Shown here piece after piece: positions 27,076-36,381 of a DNA stretch of 41,272 nucleotides. The notes below the pieces were generated by a model. It saw only the letters and a program-made list of their open reading frames with translations, searched no databases and was not told the origin of the DNA. The stretch's first letter is position 1. Every line of letters starts with the position of its first letter. The stretch spans positions 1-41,272 of the forward strand of contig JBKHHD010000008.1 of the NCBI GenBank assembly GCA_046539325.1. Direction: 5' to 3'. The stretch is from Candidatus Aenigmatarchaeota archaeon. Its GTDB lineage: Archaea; Aenigmatarchaeota; Aenigmatarchaeia; PWEA01. Position numbers and translations under genes: made by a program.

Positions 27076-27987
27076 ATGGCTAGAAAAGTGAAAGACTACG
27101 ATATTTCTTCAGAAATGAGTATAGAAGAGCTTGTTGAGCAGATGGAAGAAGCTGGTGGTTTCCAGGCCAAAAATGTAGCCAGAGCCAGTGAGCTTCTGGA
27201 AGAAATGAACGGGGACAAGAAGTCTGTGAACTTCCTATCCTTTCCTGCCTGTATAGTTTCCACGGGAACACGAGGACTCATACGTGATCTTCTCAAGGAA
27301 AACGTCTTCGACGCGGTCGTGACAACGTGTGGGACCCTGGACCACGACGTTGCCCGTTACTTCGCCGACTACCACCACGGCAGCTTCGGAGCCGACGACA
27401 AGGAGCTTCATCAGAAGGAAACACATCGCCTCGGCAACATATTCATACCACAGTCCTCTTACGGAGAGGTGGTCGAGGAAAACTTGCAGCCTATACTGGA
27501 GGAAATAAATGAAGAGAAGGACGTTCTGGCGCCCTACGAGCTAGTATGGGAGCTTGGAAAAAGGATGGATGAGAGCACGATATGCTACTGGGCCTGGAAG
27601 AACAAGATCCCTGTCTTTGTTCCTGGTATAACCGACGGTGCCGTGGGTACACAGGTCTGGTTCTTCAGACAGGACCATAACTTTACCGTGGACGTCTTTA
27701 AGGACGAAGATAGGATTTCTGAAATAATTTTTGATGCTGAGAAAACCTCAGGCCTCGTACTCGGTGGGGGAATATCTAAACACCATACCATCTGGTGGAA
27801 CCAGTTTATTGAGGGCTTGGAGAGGGCTATTTACGTCACCACAGCGTCGGAATGGGACGGTTCTCTTTCTGGAGCTAGACCAGAGGAGGCTATTTCGTGG
27901 AGCAAGGTCAAGGAGGAGGGGAAGACGGTGGAGGTTAAGGGCGATGCGACGATTGTTTTACCTTTGATCGCCTCGGTACTGGTATAA
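27076..27987 (+). CDS. dhs: Deoxyhypusine synthase
   Basis: RLGNIF, DGAVG, GGGISKHH and DGSLSGARPEEAISWSK motifs. Confidence 0.95.
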   Translation: MARKVKDYDISSEMSIEELVEQMEEAGGFQAKNVARASELLEEMNGDKKSVNFLSFPACIVSTGTRGLIRDLLKENVFDAVVTTCGTLDHDVARYFADYHHGSFGADDKELHQKETHRLGNIFIPQSSYGEVVEENLQPILEEINEEKDVLAPYELVWELGKRMDESTICYWAWKNKIPVFVPGITDGAVGTQVWFFRQDHNFTVDVFKDEDRISEIIFDAEKTSGLVLGGGISKHHTIWWNQFIEGLERAIYVTTASEWDGSLSGARPEEAISWSKVKEEGKTVEVKGDATIVLPLIASVLV

Positions 27988-28019
27988 TGGACAGATGACG
28001 AACAAAAATAACGTCAATT

Positions 28020-28027
28020 TTTATATA
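28020..28027 (+). promoter_or_regulatory. TATA box for the ubiD-HD-acnX-ubiX-ipk operon
   Basis: TTTATATA about 25 nt upstream of ATG 28053. Confidence 0.55.
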
Positions 28028-28052
28028 TTTAATCCTAGCAAAAAGATGTAGT

Positions 28053-29351
28053 ATGAGTCTAAGGGAGTTCGTGGGGGATAGAGAGAAGAACGTAATTTCC
28101 GGTAAGGTTAGCCCTGACTATGAACTTCCTGCGTTGATATCGAAGGACGAGTCGAAGCCAATAGTCTTTGAGAACGTTGAAGGTTATCCTGACTGTAAGG
28201 TCGTTTCTAATATAGTTTCTTCCAGGGAGCTTTTGGCTAAAGCTCTGAAGACAGACAAAGAAGGTATAATCAGAAGGATAAGCAGCTCCCTGGATAATCA
28301 GATGAAATCTGAAGAAGCTGAGCCCAAGTTCAGAAAAGTAGCAGAGAAGCCTGATATAAGGAAAGAGATTCCGGTTCCGATTTTCTACAAGAAGAAGAAA
28401 AGGAGGTACTTCGCCTCTGCCATGGTAGTTGCCAAGGATCCAGAAACAGGCGTGCATAATGTTTCCTTTCATAGGCTCATGCTCCAGGAGAAGAACAAGC
28501 TTGTAATGCGCCTGGTGAAGAGACATCTGCATAGCATATACCAGAAAACGGACGGTCCCTTGGAAATTGCTATAATCATGGGGGTCGATCCTGCCGTCGA
28601 AGTCGCTGCTGCGACCTCCTTCTCACCGGAGATGGACGAGCTTGAGCTCGCAAATGCTTACATGGAAGGCGATCTTGAGGTTTCCAAGGTAAATGGAATA
28701 AAGGTTCCGAGTAATTCTGAGGTCGTGATGTTTGCAAGGATACTGGAAGAGAAGGCCGAGGAAGGACCCTTTGTGGATCTTTCCGATACCTGGGACAAAA
28801 CAAGACAGCAGCCAAAAGTTGTTGTTGATGAACTCTGGAAGAGAGAGAACCCCTACGTACGTGTCCTTCTTCCAGGAAAGGGAGAACACAAGAACCTCAT
28901 GGGAGTTCCACAGGAACCGAGAATATACAAGATCGTTGAAAATACAGTCCCGACCGTGAAGAATGTCGTGCTCACGCAGGGTGGTTGTTCCTGGCTTCAT
29001 GGTGTAGTTCAGATAGGAAAGAGAAATGAAGGAGATCCGAAGAACGCAGGCATGGCGGCTTTAGCTGCACATCCTTCTATGAAGAAGGTGACTATCGTCG
29101 ACGAGGATGTAGACCCTGCGGATCCCGAGCAGGTGGAGTGGGCTACAGCGACACGTATGCAACCTCACAAAGATATAATATTTATAGAGCGAGCCAAGGG
29201 TTCGTCCCTTGATCCATCCCAGGACTACGAAAACAGGCTTATGACGAAATGGATTGTCGACGCCACAGTTCCCTTTGAAGAAAAGGAGAAAGAAGAGTTT
29301 AAAAGGGCCGAGCTTCCCGGGAAAGACCTCAACCTGGATGATTACAGGTGA
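28053..29351 (+). CDS. UbiD-family decarboxylase, probably anhydromevalonate-phosphate decarboxylase
   Basis: N.SFHRL, EEGPFVD, GGCSWLH, HPSMK and GSSLDPS motifs; clustered with AcnX, UbiX and IPK. Confidence 0.9.
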   Translation: MSLREFVGDREKNVISGKVSPDYELPALISKDESKPIVFENVEGYPDCKVVSNIVSSRELLAKALKTDKEGIIRRISSSLDNQMKSEEAEPKFRKVAEKPDIRKEIPVPIFYKKKKRRYFASAMVVAKDPETGVHNVSFHRLMLQEKNKLVMRLVKRHLHSIYQKTDGPLEIAIIMGVDPAVEVAAATSFSPEMDELELANAYMEGDLEVSKVNGIKVPSNSEVVMFARILEEKAEEGPFVDLSDTWDKTRQQPKVVVDELWKRENPYVRVLLPGKGEHKNLMGVPQEPRIYKIVENTVPTVKNVVLTQGGCSWLHGVVQIGKRNEGDPKNAGMAALAAHPSMKKVTIVDEDVDPADPEQVEWATATRMQPHKDIIFIERAKGSSLDPSQDYENRLMTKWIVDATVPFEEKEKEEFKRAELPGKDLNLDDYR

Positions 29352-29356
29352 TACAA

Positions 29357-29944
29357 ATGAATGACGAGGACTTTCGCAGGATAAAGGAACTGTACGGAGA
29401 AAACGGAAAGGATCCGATTCCAGCTCACTCCTTTGAGGAGCATGTCCTTGAAGTTTATGAAAACGCGAAGGAGTTAGTGAACGGGGAAGAAGTGGATAAA
29501 GAGGTCGTGGAGTATGCTGCTTTACTGCATGATGTAGGAAGGCAGTTCCCTGGCGATAAAGGTCATGCGGAAAGGGGTGCTGAGGTAGCCCAGGACTTTC
29601 TCATCGAGGAATTAGACAAAGAAGAGAAGTTTGCTGGAAAGGTTTCTGAGTGTGTAAGACACCATTCAAATAGGCCACATCTAGATCCTCCTACAAGGGA
29701 GGCCGAGCTGGTTTGGGCAGCTGATAAGATGCATGCATCTGGCGCAACCGGTCTCTGTAGATTTCTCCTGACACTCGGAGCAAAGAACTACTCGTGCAAG
29801 GATGCTGTAGATATACTGGAGAGAAGGGTTTACGAGGCCGAGGAAAGGCTAAAGAGCTTTGGCTTTGAAGATCTTGCTGAAGACCTTGAAATCCTGAAGA
29901 ACTTTGTAGAACAGTACAAGGAGGAGAACCATGCATCTAACTAA
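29357..29944 (+). CDS. HD-domain phosphohydrolase
   Basis: H...EHV, ALLHDVGR, HAERGA, VRHH and ADK motifs; AGGTGA SD. Confidence 0.88.
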   Translation: MNDEDFRRIKELYGENGKDPIPAHSFEEHVLEVYENAKELVNGEEVDKEVVEYAALLHDVGRQFPGDKGHAERGAEVAQDFLIEELDKEEKFAGKVSECVRHHSNRPHLDPPTREAELVWAADKMHASGATGLCRFLLTLGAKNYSCKDAVDILERRVYEAEERLKSFGFEDLAEDLEILKNFVEQYKEENHASN

Positions 29945-31109
29945 GGAAGAAGAGAGAATGCTGGAATCCGATAATCCTGCTATACGGAAAGCTATGAAGC
30001 TTCTAGTTAAACTGGGTGATATTTACGGCGCTGAAGAGATGGTCGAAATAAGTTCTGCACAGGCCTCGGGAGTTTCTTACAAGTCTATAGGCGATCCAGG
30101 CATAAAGTTCCTCAAGGAGTTTGCCGATGAAGGGGCTGAGGTTTCCGTACCTACCTTTGCAAATCCTGCAGGAATGGACTTGGAGAGATGGAGAGAGATG
30201 AATATAAGCGAAAATTTTGCTGAAAAGCAGAAGGAGATAGTTGAAGCGATGAAGAAGATGGGCATAACTATATCTTCGTCCTGTACACCTTACCTGTGGA
30301 GCAATCTTCCAAGGAGGAATGAACATGTAGCCTGGGCTGAATCTTCCGCGGTTTCGTTCGCCAACTCCGTTATAGGTGCGAGGACAAACAGGGAAGGCGG
30401 TCCTTCGGCTTTGGCTGCAGCTATAACCGGAAGGACGCCTAAGCATGGCCTTCATCTGGAGGAAAACAGGGAGCCTACGCACGTTGTCGAGGTCGACACC
30501 CCGCTTGAAAATATTTCTGACTTCGGAGCCCTCGGTTCCTGGGTAGGTGAAAGAGTAGAGGACGGCAAGCCGTACTTTATAGGTATTGAATCCGCAGGCA
30601 CAGACGAGTTCAAGTCGCTGGGTGCTGCAATGGCAGCTTCGGGGGCTGTAGCCCTTTACTTCGTCGAAGACATAACTGTGGATCCGAAGGATGTGTCCCA
30701 CCTGGAGAGGCTCCATTTTACGAAGAAAGATAAGGAAGAGGAATACGAAAAGCTTACTGCCTCCAAGGAGCCGGAGCTTGTTGTCTTTGGTTGTCCACAC
30801 TGCTCTATAAACGAGATTGAGGATATCGCTAAGAGGCTTGAAGGCAAGACAGTCAAAAAAGATCTCTGGGTCTTTACCAGCAAGGCTGTTAAGGCTTGGG
30901 CAGACCGCATGGGTTATACAGATACTATAGAAGAGGCCGGTGGGAAGCTGCTTTCGGATACGTGCAACGTCGTCTGTCCTATAGAAGACATGGAGTACGA
31001 AAAGATGGGTACCAACTCCGGTAAGGCCGCTAACTACCTGCCTGGGTTTTGTGAGCAGGACGTTCTTTTCGCGGATACAACGGAGCTTATCGACAAGGTG
31101 GTAGAATGA
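29931..31109 (+). CDS. Aconitase X large subunit (phosphomevalonate dehydratase large subunit)
   Basis: GVSYK, NPAG, SCTPY, ESSAV, GCPH, DTC.VV.P and TNSGKAA motifs. Confidence 0.92.
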   Translation: MHLTKEEERMLESDNPAIRKAMKLLVKLGDIYGAEEMVEISSAQASGVSYKSIGDPGIKFLKEFADEGAEVSVPTFANPAGMDLERWREMNISENFAEKQKEIVEAMKKMGITISSSCTPYLWSNLPRRNEHVAWAESSAVSFANSVIGARTNREGGPSALAAAITGRTPKHGLHLEENREPTHVVEVDTPLENISDFGALGSWVGERVEDGKPYFIGIESAGTDEFKSLGAAMAASGAVALYFVEDITVDPKDVSHLERLHFTKKDKEEEYEKLTASKEPELVVFGCPHCSINEIEDIAKRLEGKTVKKDLWVFTSKAVKAWADRMGYTDTIEEAGGKLLSDTCNVVCPIEDMEYEKMGTNSGKAANYLPGFCEQDVLFADTTELIDKVVE

Positions 31110-31507
31110 AGGTAAATGGGAGGGGTGTTACGGAAGGTGAAGCTGAAGGGAAAGTCCTGGTTTCCAGTGAGCCCATAGGCTTCTATGGAGCTGTAGATAT
31201 AGATACAGGCGAGTTCATAGAGGAAGGTCATGAGCTTGAAGGTGAAAACATTTCCGGAAAGATTCTTATCTTTCCTAGGGGCAAGGGCTCTACTGTAGGA
31301 TCCTACGTTCTCTACGGCCTTGCAAAGAACGATAAAGCACCTGCTGCCATAGTTAACGAAGAGACGGAGACGATAGTTGCTACAGGCTGTATCCTGGGTG
31401 AAATTCCATGTGTGGACAGTCCTGACGTTGACCTTGAGGATTTCAAGAATGGACAGAAGGTTTCTGTAAACGCCGATAAAGGAGAGGTTGTGTTTAAGGA
31501 TGAGTGA
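31106..31507 (+). CDS. Aconitase X swivel/small subunit (DUF126)
   Basis: GKGSTVGSYVL and E.ETIVA.G motifs; ATGA overlap with the large subunit gene. Confidence 0.92.
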   Translation: MKVNGRGVTEGEAEGKVLVSSEPIGFYGAVDIDTGEFIEEGHELEGENISGKILIFPRGKGSTVGSYVLYGLAKNDKAPAAIVNEETETIVATGCILGEIPCVDSPDVDLEDFKNGQKVSVNADKGEVVFKDE

Positions 31508-32078
31508 AAAGAAAATAGTTCTCGCCTTGACAGGAGCTTCAGGCATTCCTATAGGATTAAGGCTGGCTGAAGAGCTTTCGGAGGAGTTCAAGCTTTTTAC
31601 AGTTGTCTCTGATTCTGCAAAGAAAGTAATGGAAGAGGAGACGGATGACAGGGAGGAAAGTATGGAAAGCCTTGAGGAGCTTTCCGAAGAAGTCTATTTC
31701 GAGGACGAGGTCGAAGCGCCCTTTGCTTCTGGATCCTTTGAGACAGAGGGTATGGTAGTATGTCCGTGTTCTATGAAGACTCTTAGTAGCCTGGCGACAG
31801 GTAGATCGTCAAACCTCATAGAGAGAGCAGGAGACGTGTGTATAAAGGAGAAAAGAAAGTTGGTTCTGGTTCCCAGAGAAACACCTTTCAGTCAGATCCA
31901 TCTGGAGAATATGCTTAAGCTTTCGAGAATGGAAGTAGATATAGTACCTCCTGTGCTTGGCTTTTACTTCGACCCGGAAAGTATAGATGATATGGTGAAC
32001 TATACTGTTGGAAAGGTCTTGGAAAGGTTTGAAATATCTAAGGGTCTATATAATACCTGGGAAGGTGGCATTGAATGA
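31500..32078 (+). CDS. ubiX: Flavin prenyltransferase UbiX
   Basis: TGASG, ASGS, PCSMKT, KEKR.LVLVPRETP and P...FY motifs. Confidence 0.95.
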   Translation: MSEKKIVLALTGASGIPIGLRLAEELSEEFKLFTVVSDSAKKVMEEETDDREESMESLEELSEEVYFEDEVEAPFASGSFETEGMVVCPCSMKTLSSLATGRSSNLIERAGDVCIKEKRKLVLVPRETPFSQIHLENMLKLSRMEVDIVPPVLGFYFDPESIDDMVNYTVGKVLERFEISKGLYNTWEGGIE

Positions 32079-32851
32079 GCTTAAAGGTACTGAAGGTAGG
32101 AGGTTCAATAATAACGGAAAAAGAGAAGGAAGAGCCTTCGCCTGATCTTGAACAGATGAAGAGGATAGCGTCGGAAATAAACTCCTCCTTTTCTGACCTC
32201 TCGGGTCTTGTTCTTGTCCACGGCGCCGGAAGCTATGGTCATCCTATAGTTAAGAGGACGGGGATTCATGAAGGTCTCGAGAGTGAAAAGGATAGAGTAC
32301 ACTTTGCTGAGACGCAGAGGCTTCAGAACGAGCTAAACTCCATATTTACTGACATTCTCATCGACAACGACGTGCCTGCTTTTCCCGTTCAGCCTTCTGC
32401 ATCTGCGATTATGCATGGAAATCTGAAGGAGATGAACCATGAAGTTGTAGAAAACTTGATCCAGGAGGACATGGTTCCTGTTCTTTACGGTGTTCCGGCT
32501 TACGACAGAAAGAAAGGCTGCTCAATACTCTCTGGTGATGAGATATTACCGTACCTTGCTGAGAAGTTAGGTGCTAAAGAAGTGCTTCATGGTACAAACG
32601 TTGAAGGTATATATACCTCCGATCCCCGCGAAGATCCTGATGCTAGGATTGTCCGGAGGATAAGCTCATTGGAAGAAGTAAGGGAGTATCTTGGCGGAAG
32701 TAAGGATACTGACGTTACAGGTGGTATGGAGAACAAAGTAAGACACATACTCGAATCCGAGATTTCAGGTAAGATATTCGATGCCTCAGAAAAAGGCAAT
32801 GTTGAGAAAGCTCTGAGAGGCGAGGAAGTGGGAACACATATCAGTCCTTGA
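32075..32851 (+). CDS. ipk: Isopentenyl phosphate kinase
   Basis: LKVGGSIITEK, HGAGSYGH, ILSGD and DVTGGM..K motifs. Confidence 0.93.
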   Translation: MSLKVLKVGGSIITEKEKEEPSPDLEQMKRIASEINSSFSDLSGLVLVHGAGSYGHPIVKRTGIHEGLESEKDRVHFAETQRLQNELNSIFTDILIDNDVPAFPVQPSASAIMHGNLKEMNHEVVENLIQEDMVPVLYGVPAYDRKKGCSILSGDEILPYLAEKLGAKEVLHGTNVEGIYTSDPREDPDARIVRRISSLEEVREYLGGSKDTDVTGGMENKVRHILESEISGKIFDASEKGNVEKALRGEEVGTHISP

Positions 32852-32910
32852 TGTAGTGATTTCTTTTTCTATCCCTCAACTATTTTTATTTTGCGTGTGA
32901 ATACATTCAT

Positions 32911-34575
32911 ATGAGATATTCAAAGCTCTGCAGCTACTACGAGCGCCTGGAGGACACTACGAAGAACCTGGAGATGAGGGATATAGTTGCGGAGCTACTT
33001 GGAGAAGTTTCTTCCGAAGAGCTCGAGACGGTTACCCTTGCAGCTATGGGAAAGGTCTTTCCTTCGTCTGTTAACAAGGACATAGGCATCGCCGGTAAGC
33101 TTATGCAGAATATAATATCCAAGGCCTATGGAGTGAGCAAGGACGAAGTGGTCGAGAAGTTTAAGGAAACCGGCGACCTTGGAAAGACGGCTGAGTATTT
33201 CTGTGAGAACAAGAGGCAGAGGAGCCTTATGCAGAAGCAGCTGACTGTGGATAAGGTCTTCAAGAACTTACGGAGGCTACCGGAGACTTCGGGAACAGGT
33301 TCGGAGGAGAGGAAGAGGAGGTTGGTAAAGGAGCTTTTGGTCTCCGCGGATCCCTTGGAGGCGCGCTACGTCGTAAGGACGACCCTGCAGGAGATGCGTA
33401 TAGGTGTGGGCGAGGGAACGGTCAGGGATGCTATAGCGAAGGCCTTCGATGTTCCGAAAGACAAGGTGGAGAAAGCATTCTTCAAGATAACGGACTACGG
33501 TAAGGTAGCCAGGATAGCTATGGAGGAAGGAGTGGAAGGACTGGAAGGAGTTGAAATTGAGGTAGGCAGGCCTTTAAGGATGATGCTTGCTGAGATCTCC
33601 GAGTCCTTGGAACAAGCTATTGAGTCCTATGAGAATCCAGCCCTTGAGATCAAGTTGGATGGATTCAGGGGGCAGATCCATAAGAAAGGAGAGGATATAA
33701 CCTTGTTTTCTCGACGTTTAGAGGACAAGACCAAACAGTTTCCTGAGGTTGTGGAGTGGGCCAAGGAGTGTCTGAGGCCTGAGGAATGTATTGTTGACTG
33801 TGAGATAGTTGCGGTTGACGAGAAAGGAGAACCACTTGTTTTCCAGAACCTTTCCAAGAGAATTCAGAGAAAGTATGATATAGAGAGAATGAGAAAGGAA
33901 ATTCCTGTTCAGGTAAACTGCTTCGATCTGTTTTACGTGGACGGAGAAAACTACATGAGCAGGAAGTTGAGTGAGAGATGGAAGAAGCTTTCTGAAATTG
34001 TCGATGGGAAGGAAGGTAAGTTTAGGCTTGTTGAACATATGGAGACGAAGGACCTTGAAAAGGCCAACAGCTTCTACCAGAAGGCTTTGAGGGAGAACCA
34101 GGAAGGTATAATGGTAAAGAATATGGATGCTGTTTACCAGCCCGGGAAACGTGTAGGCTACTGGAAGAAGGTAAAAGAAACTATGGAGCCGCTCGACCTC
34201 GTGATAGTTGAAGGTATCTGGGGTGAAGGTAAAAGATCTAACTGGATATCCTCTCTTATGCTAGCTGTCAGAGATCCCGATACGGGTGAATTTTTAACTA
34301 CAGGTAAGATGGCTACAGGTATGACTGAGGAGGAGCTGGAAGAAGTTACGGAGAAGCTTCAGGATCTGATTATTGAGGAGGACGGAAGGCGCGTAAAGGT
34401 TAGACCCGAGCTTGTGGTGGAGGTTGGTTACGAGGAGATACAGAAAAGTCCGAAGTATGAGACCGGCTACGCCTTGAGATTTCCCCGTCTTCTACGTTTT
34501 AGATACAACAAATCCATCGAGGAAGCAGACGATATCGAAAGACTTAAAAGTCTTTACCGTAAACAGAATAATTAG
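32911..34575 (+). CDS. lig: ATP-dependent DNA ligase
   Basis: KLDGFR, EGIMVK, W.K.K and ALRFPR motifs. Confidence 0.96.
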   Translation: MRYSKLCSYYERLEDTTKNLEMRDIVAELLGEVSSEELETVTLAAMGKVFPSSVNKDIGIAGKLMQNIISKAYGVSKDEVVEKFKETGDLGKTAEYFCENKRQRSLMQKQLTVDKVFKNLRRLPETSGTGSEERKRRLVKELLVSADPLEARYVVRTTLQEMRIGVGEGTVRDAIAKAFDVPKDKVEKAFFKITDYGKVARIAMEEGVEGLEGVEIEVGRPLRMMLAEISESLEQAIESYENPALEIKLDGFRGQIHKKGEDITLFSRRLEDKTKQFPEVVEWAKECLRPEECIVDCEIVAVDEKGEPLVFQNLSKRIQRKYDIERMRKEIPVQVNCFDLFYVDGENYMSRKLSERWKKLSEIVDGKEGKFRLVEHMETKDLEKANSFYQKALRENQEGIMVKNMDAVYQPGKRVGYWKKVKETMEPLDLVIVEGIWGEGKRSNWISSLMLAVRDPDTGEFLTTGKMATGMTEEELEEVTEKLQDLIIEEDGRRVKVRPELVVEVGYEEIQKSPKYETGYALRFPRLLRFRYNKSIEEADDIERLKSLYRKQNN

Positions 34576-34641
34576 TTACTACAACGAAGTGAAAAAGTAC
34601 TTAAATGTGTGGGACGAATAAAAGAACAGGGTTGATGAAAT

Positions 34642-35457
34642 ATGGTTGCATCAGATGAAGTTTTAGACCAATTAAAGACGCTCGGACTTAACTCCTATCA
34701 AAGAAAGCTATGGACAGCACTCTTATCAAACGGAACCTCAACTGCAGGTGAGCTTTCTGATATTTCCGACGTTCCGAGGAGCAGGACCTACGATGTTTTG
34801 GAGAGTCTTGAAGACCTCGGCCTTGTAAGAATACAGTCCGGCAAGCCTATGAAATATACTCCCGTGGATCCTGATGAGAGCCTTGAGAGGCTGAAAAAGA
34901 ACTACAGGCAGGAGTACGAGGAGAAAAAAGATAAGATCGACAGGTTGAAAGACAGTGAGGCATTCGAAGAACTCAACGAGCTTTATAACTCCGGTGTAGA
35001 ATCAACGGATCCAGGTGAGCTTTCAGGAGCCCTCAAAGGAAGGTATAAGATGCTTCAGCAGCTCGAGTCTATGTTTAAGAACTCAGAGGATAGGATCCAT
35101 CTCATGACTTCGGAAGAAGGTCTTAAGGAGATACACAACAACCACATAAACCACCTCAGGGATGCTCACGAAAGAGGCGTAAACATAAAGATAGCAGCTC
35201 CTGTCAGTGAAGAGGGAAGAGACATTGTCGATAAACTATCCCAGTTTGCTGAGATACGGCATATACCCAGTAACGAGGAAGCAATTGGAAGATTCTCCAT
35301 TGTCGACGGGAGTGAGTTTACCTTTGCTTTGACACACGAAGATGAAGTAGATCCTACGCAGGATGTAAGCTTCTGGTCAAAGAGCAACCATGCAGCAAGC
35401 GACTTCCTTGAACCACTTTTCCAGGACTACTGGAAGAAGCTTGAGAAAAAGGAGTAA
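34642..35457 (+). CDS. TrmB-family (TrmBL2-like) regulator/chromatin protein
   Basis: LGLNSY, TAGELS.IS.VPRSR.YDVL.SL winged helix plus C-terminal PLD-like domain. Confidence 0.9.
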   Translation: MVASDEVLDQLKTLGLNSYQRKLWTALLSNGTSTAGELSDISDVPRSRTYDVLESLEDLGLVRIQSGKPMKYTPVDPDESLERLKKNYRQEYEEKKDKIDRLKDSEAFEELNELYNSGVESTDPGELSGALKGRYKMLQQLESMFKNSEDRIHLMTSEEGLKEIHNNHINHLRDAHERGVNIKIAAPVSEEGRDIVDKLSQFAEIRHIPSNEEAIGRFSIVDGSEFTFALTHEDEVDPTQDVSFWSKSNHAASDFLEPLFQDYWKKLEKKE

Positions 35458-35460
35458 ATA

Positions 35461-36345
35461 TTAATTCGAGACGGCGTAAAGCCTGGGAACTTCCATTTCT
35501 GTTGAGTGGGAAGTTTCTTCCATCTTTGTTTCTGTATCTCTTGTTTCTGTATCTCTTTCAGCGCCTAAAAGGAGTTCAATTAGTCCCGGATCTTTTCCGT
35601 ACTCCTTGAAGTTTACAGTTTCGTTGAAGGAGTCTTCAAATATCATTTTTGCTTTCTTCCTTCCACCCAAATAATCAGTAAGGCGTTTTTCTTGTGCTTC
35701 GGTTCCAGTAAATACGTGACCTCTGCCTACAGTTTGCGCCTGGTCCTCTGTTAGGTTTCTATTTTCTGAAACTGTTTCTATGAAATCTGTGTGTGTCTCG
35801 TTAAGGATTCTTGTAAAAAGCTCCCTCTCCTCCTCAGTTATATTCCTGTAAGGTGTTCCCATGTCTTTTAGCTCTCCGCCGGTAAGTCTCACGTATTCTA
35901 TACCTTCCTCCTCCATAAATTCAGAATACTCTAGATAGGAAGCTATTACACCTATTCCGCCTGTCAGCGTTAGAGGATCAGTAACTATCTCGTCGCATGC
36001 AGAAGCTGCCCAGTAGGCTCCTGATGTTGCATAGTCTTGGAAGCGACAGACTGTGGGCTCTTCAATATTACTTATTGTTTTTTCTAGCTGTCTGGATGCC
36101 ACAACCGTTCCGCCTGGGGAGTTTATTTCGAAAAGAAAGCCTTGGGCCCCTTCGCTCCTTGCTTCTTCTATGTTGTTCTGTACAGAACTTGGAGATGCTT
36201 CTACTGCACCAGGCGAGATTCCACCCCTTACAGGAATTACAGCGACGTCTGTTTTTAAAGGTGTACCAAAGTTCATGAAAATTAGACCTAGAAACATTAC
36301 ACCGAATCCGGCAAGTATCAGTAAAACTGTCTTCTTCTTTTTCAT
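35461..36345 (-). CDS. sppA: Signal peptide peptidase SppA (S49)
   Basis: N-terminal transmembrane segment; INSPGG, ATSGAYWAAS, GGIGV and KDMG motifs. Confidence 0.92.
   Translation of the reverse strand: MKKKKTVLLILAGFGVMFLGLIFMNFGTPLKTDVAVIPVRGGISPGAVEASPSSVQNNIEEARSEGAQGFLFEINSPGGTVVASRQLEKTISNIEEPTVCRFQDYATSGAYWAASACDEIVTDPLTLTGGIGVIASYLEYSEFMEEEGIEYVRLTGGELKDMGTPYRNITEEERELFTRILNETHTDFIETVSENRNLTEDQAQTVGRGHVFTGTEAQEKRLTDYLGGRKKAKMIFEDSFNETVNFKEYGKDPGLIELLLGAERDTETRDTETKMEETSHSTEMEVPRLYAVSN
35526..35555. repeat. In-frame 15-bp tandem duplication in the sppA 3' region
   Basis: TTGTTTCTGTATCTC twice, encoding RDTET-RDTET. Confidence 0.85.
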
Positions 36346-36381
36346 CAGAATAACTAATTACTTTTCTCTTTAATAAAAGGA

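Noticed and set aside
27076-27987. Deoxyhypusine synthase as a functional part of the mevalonate operon
   Set aside because: It looks like an ordinary Dhs, and ubiD has its own TATA box; adjacency is more simply explained by compaction.
35526-35555. 15-bp tandem repeat in sppA as a CRISPR or contingency locus
   Set aside because: Only two adjacent in-frame copies with no spacers, in a low-complexity tail.
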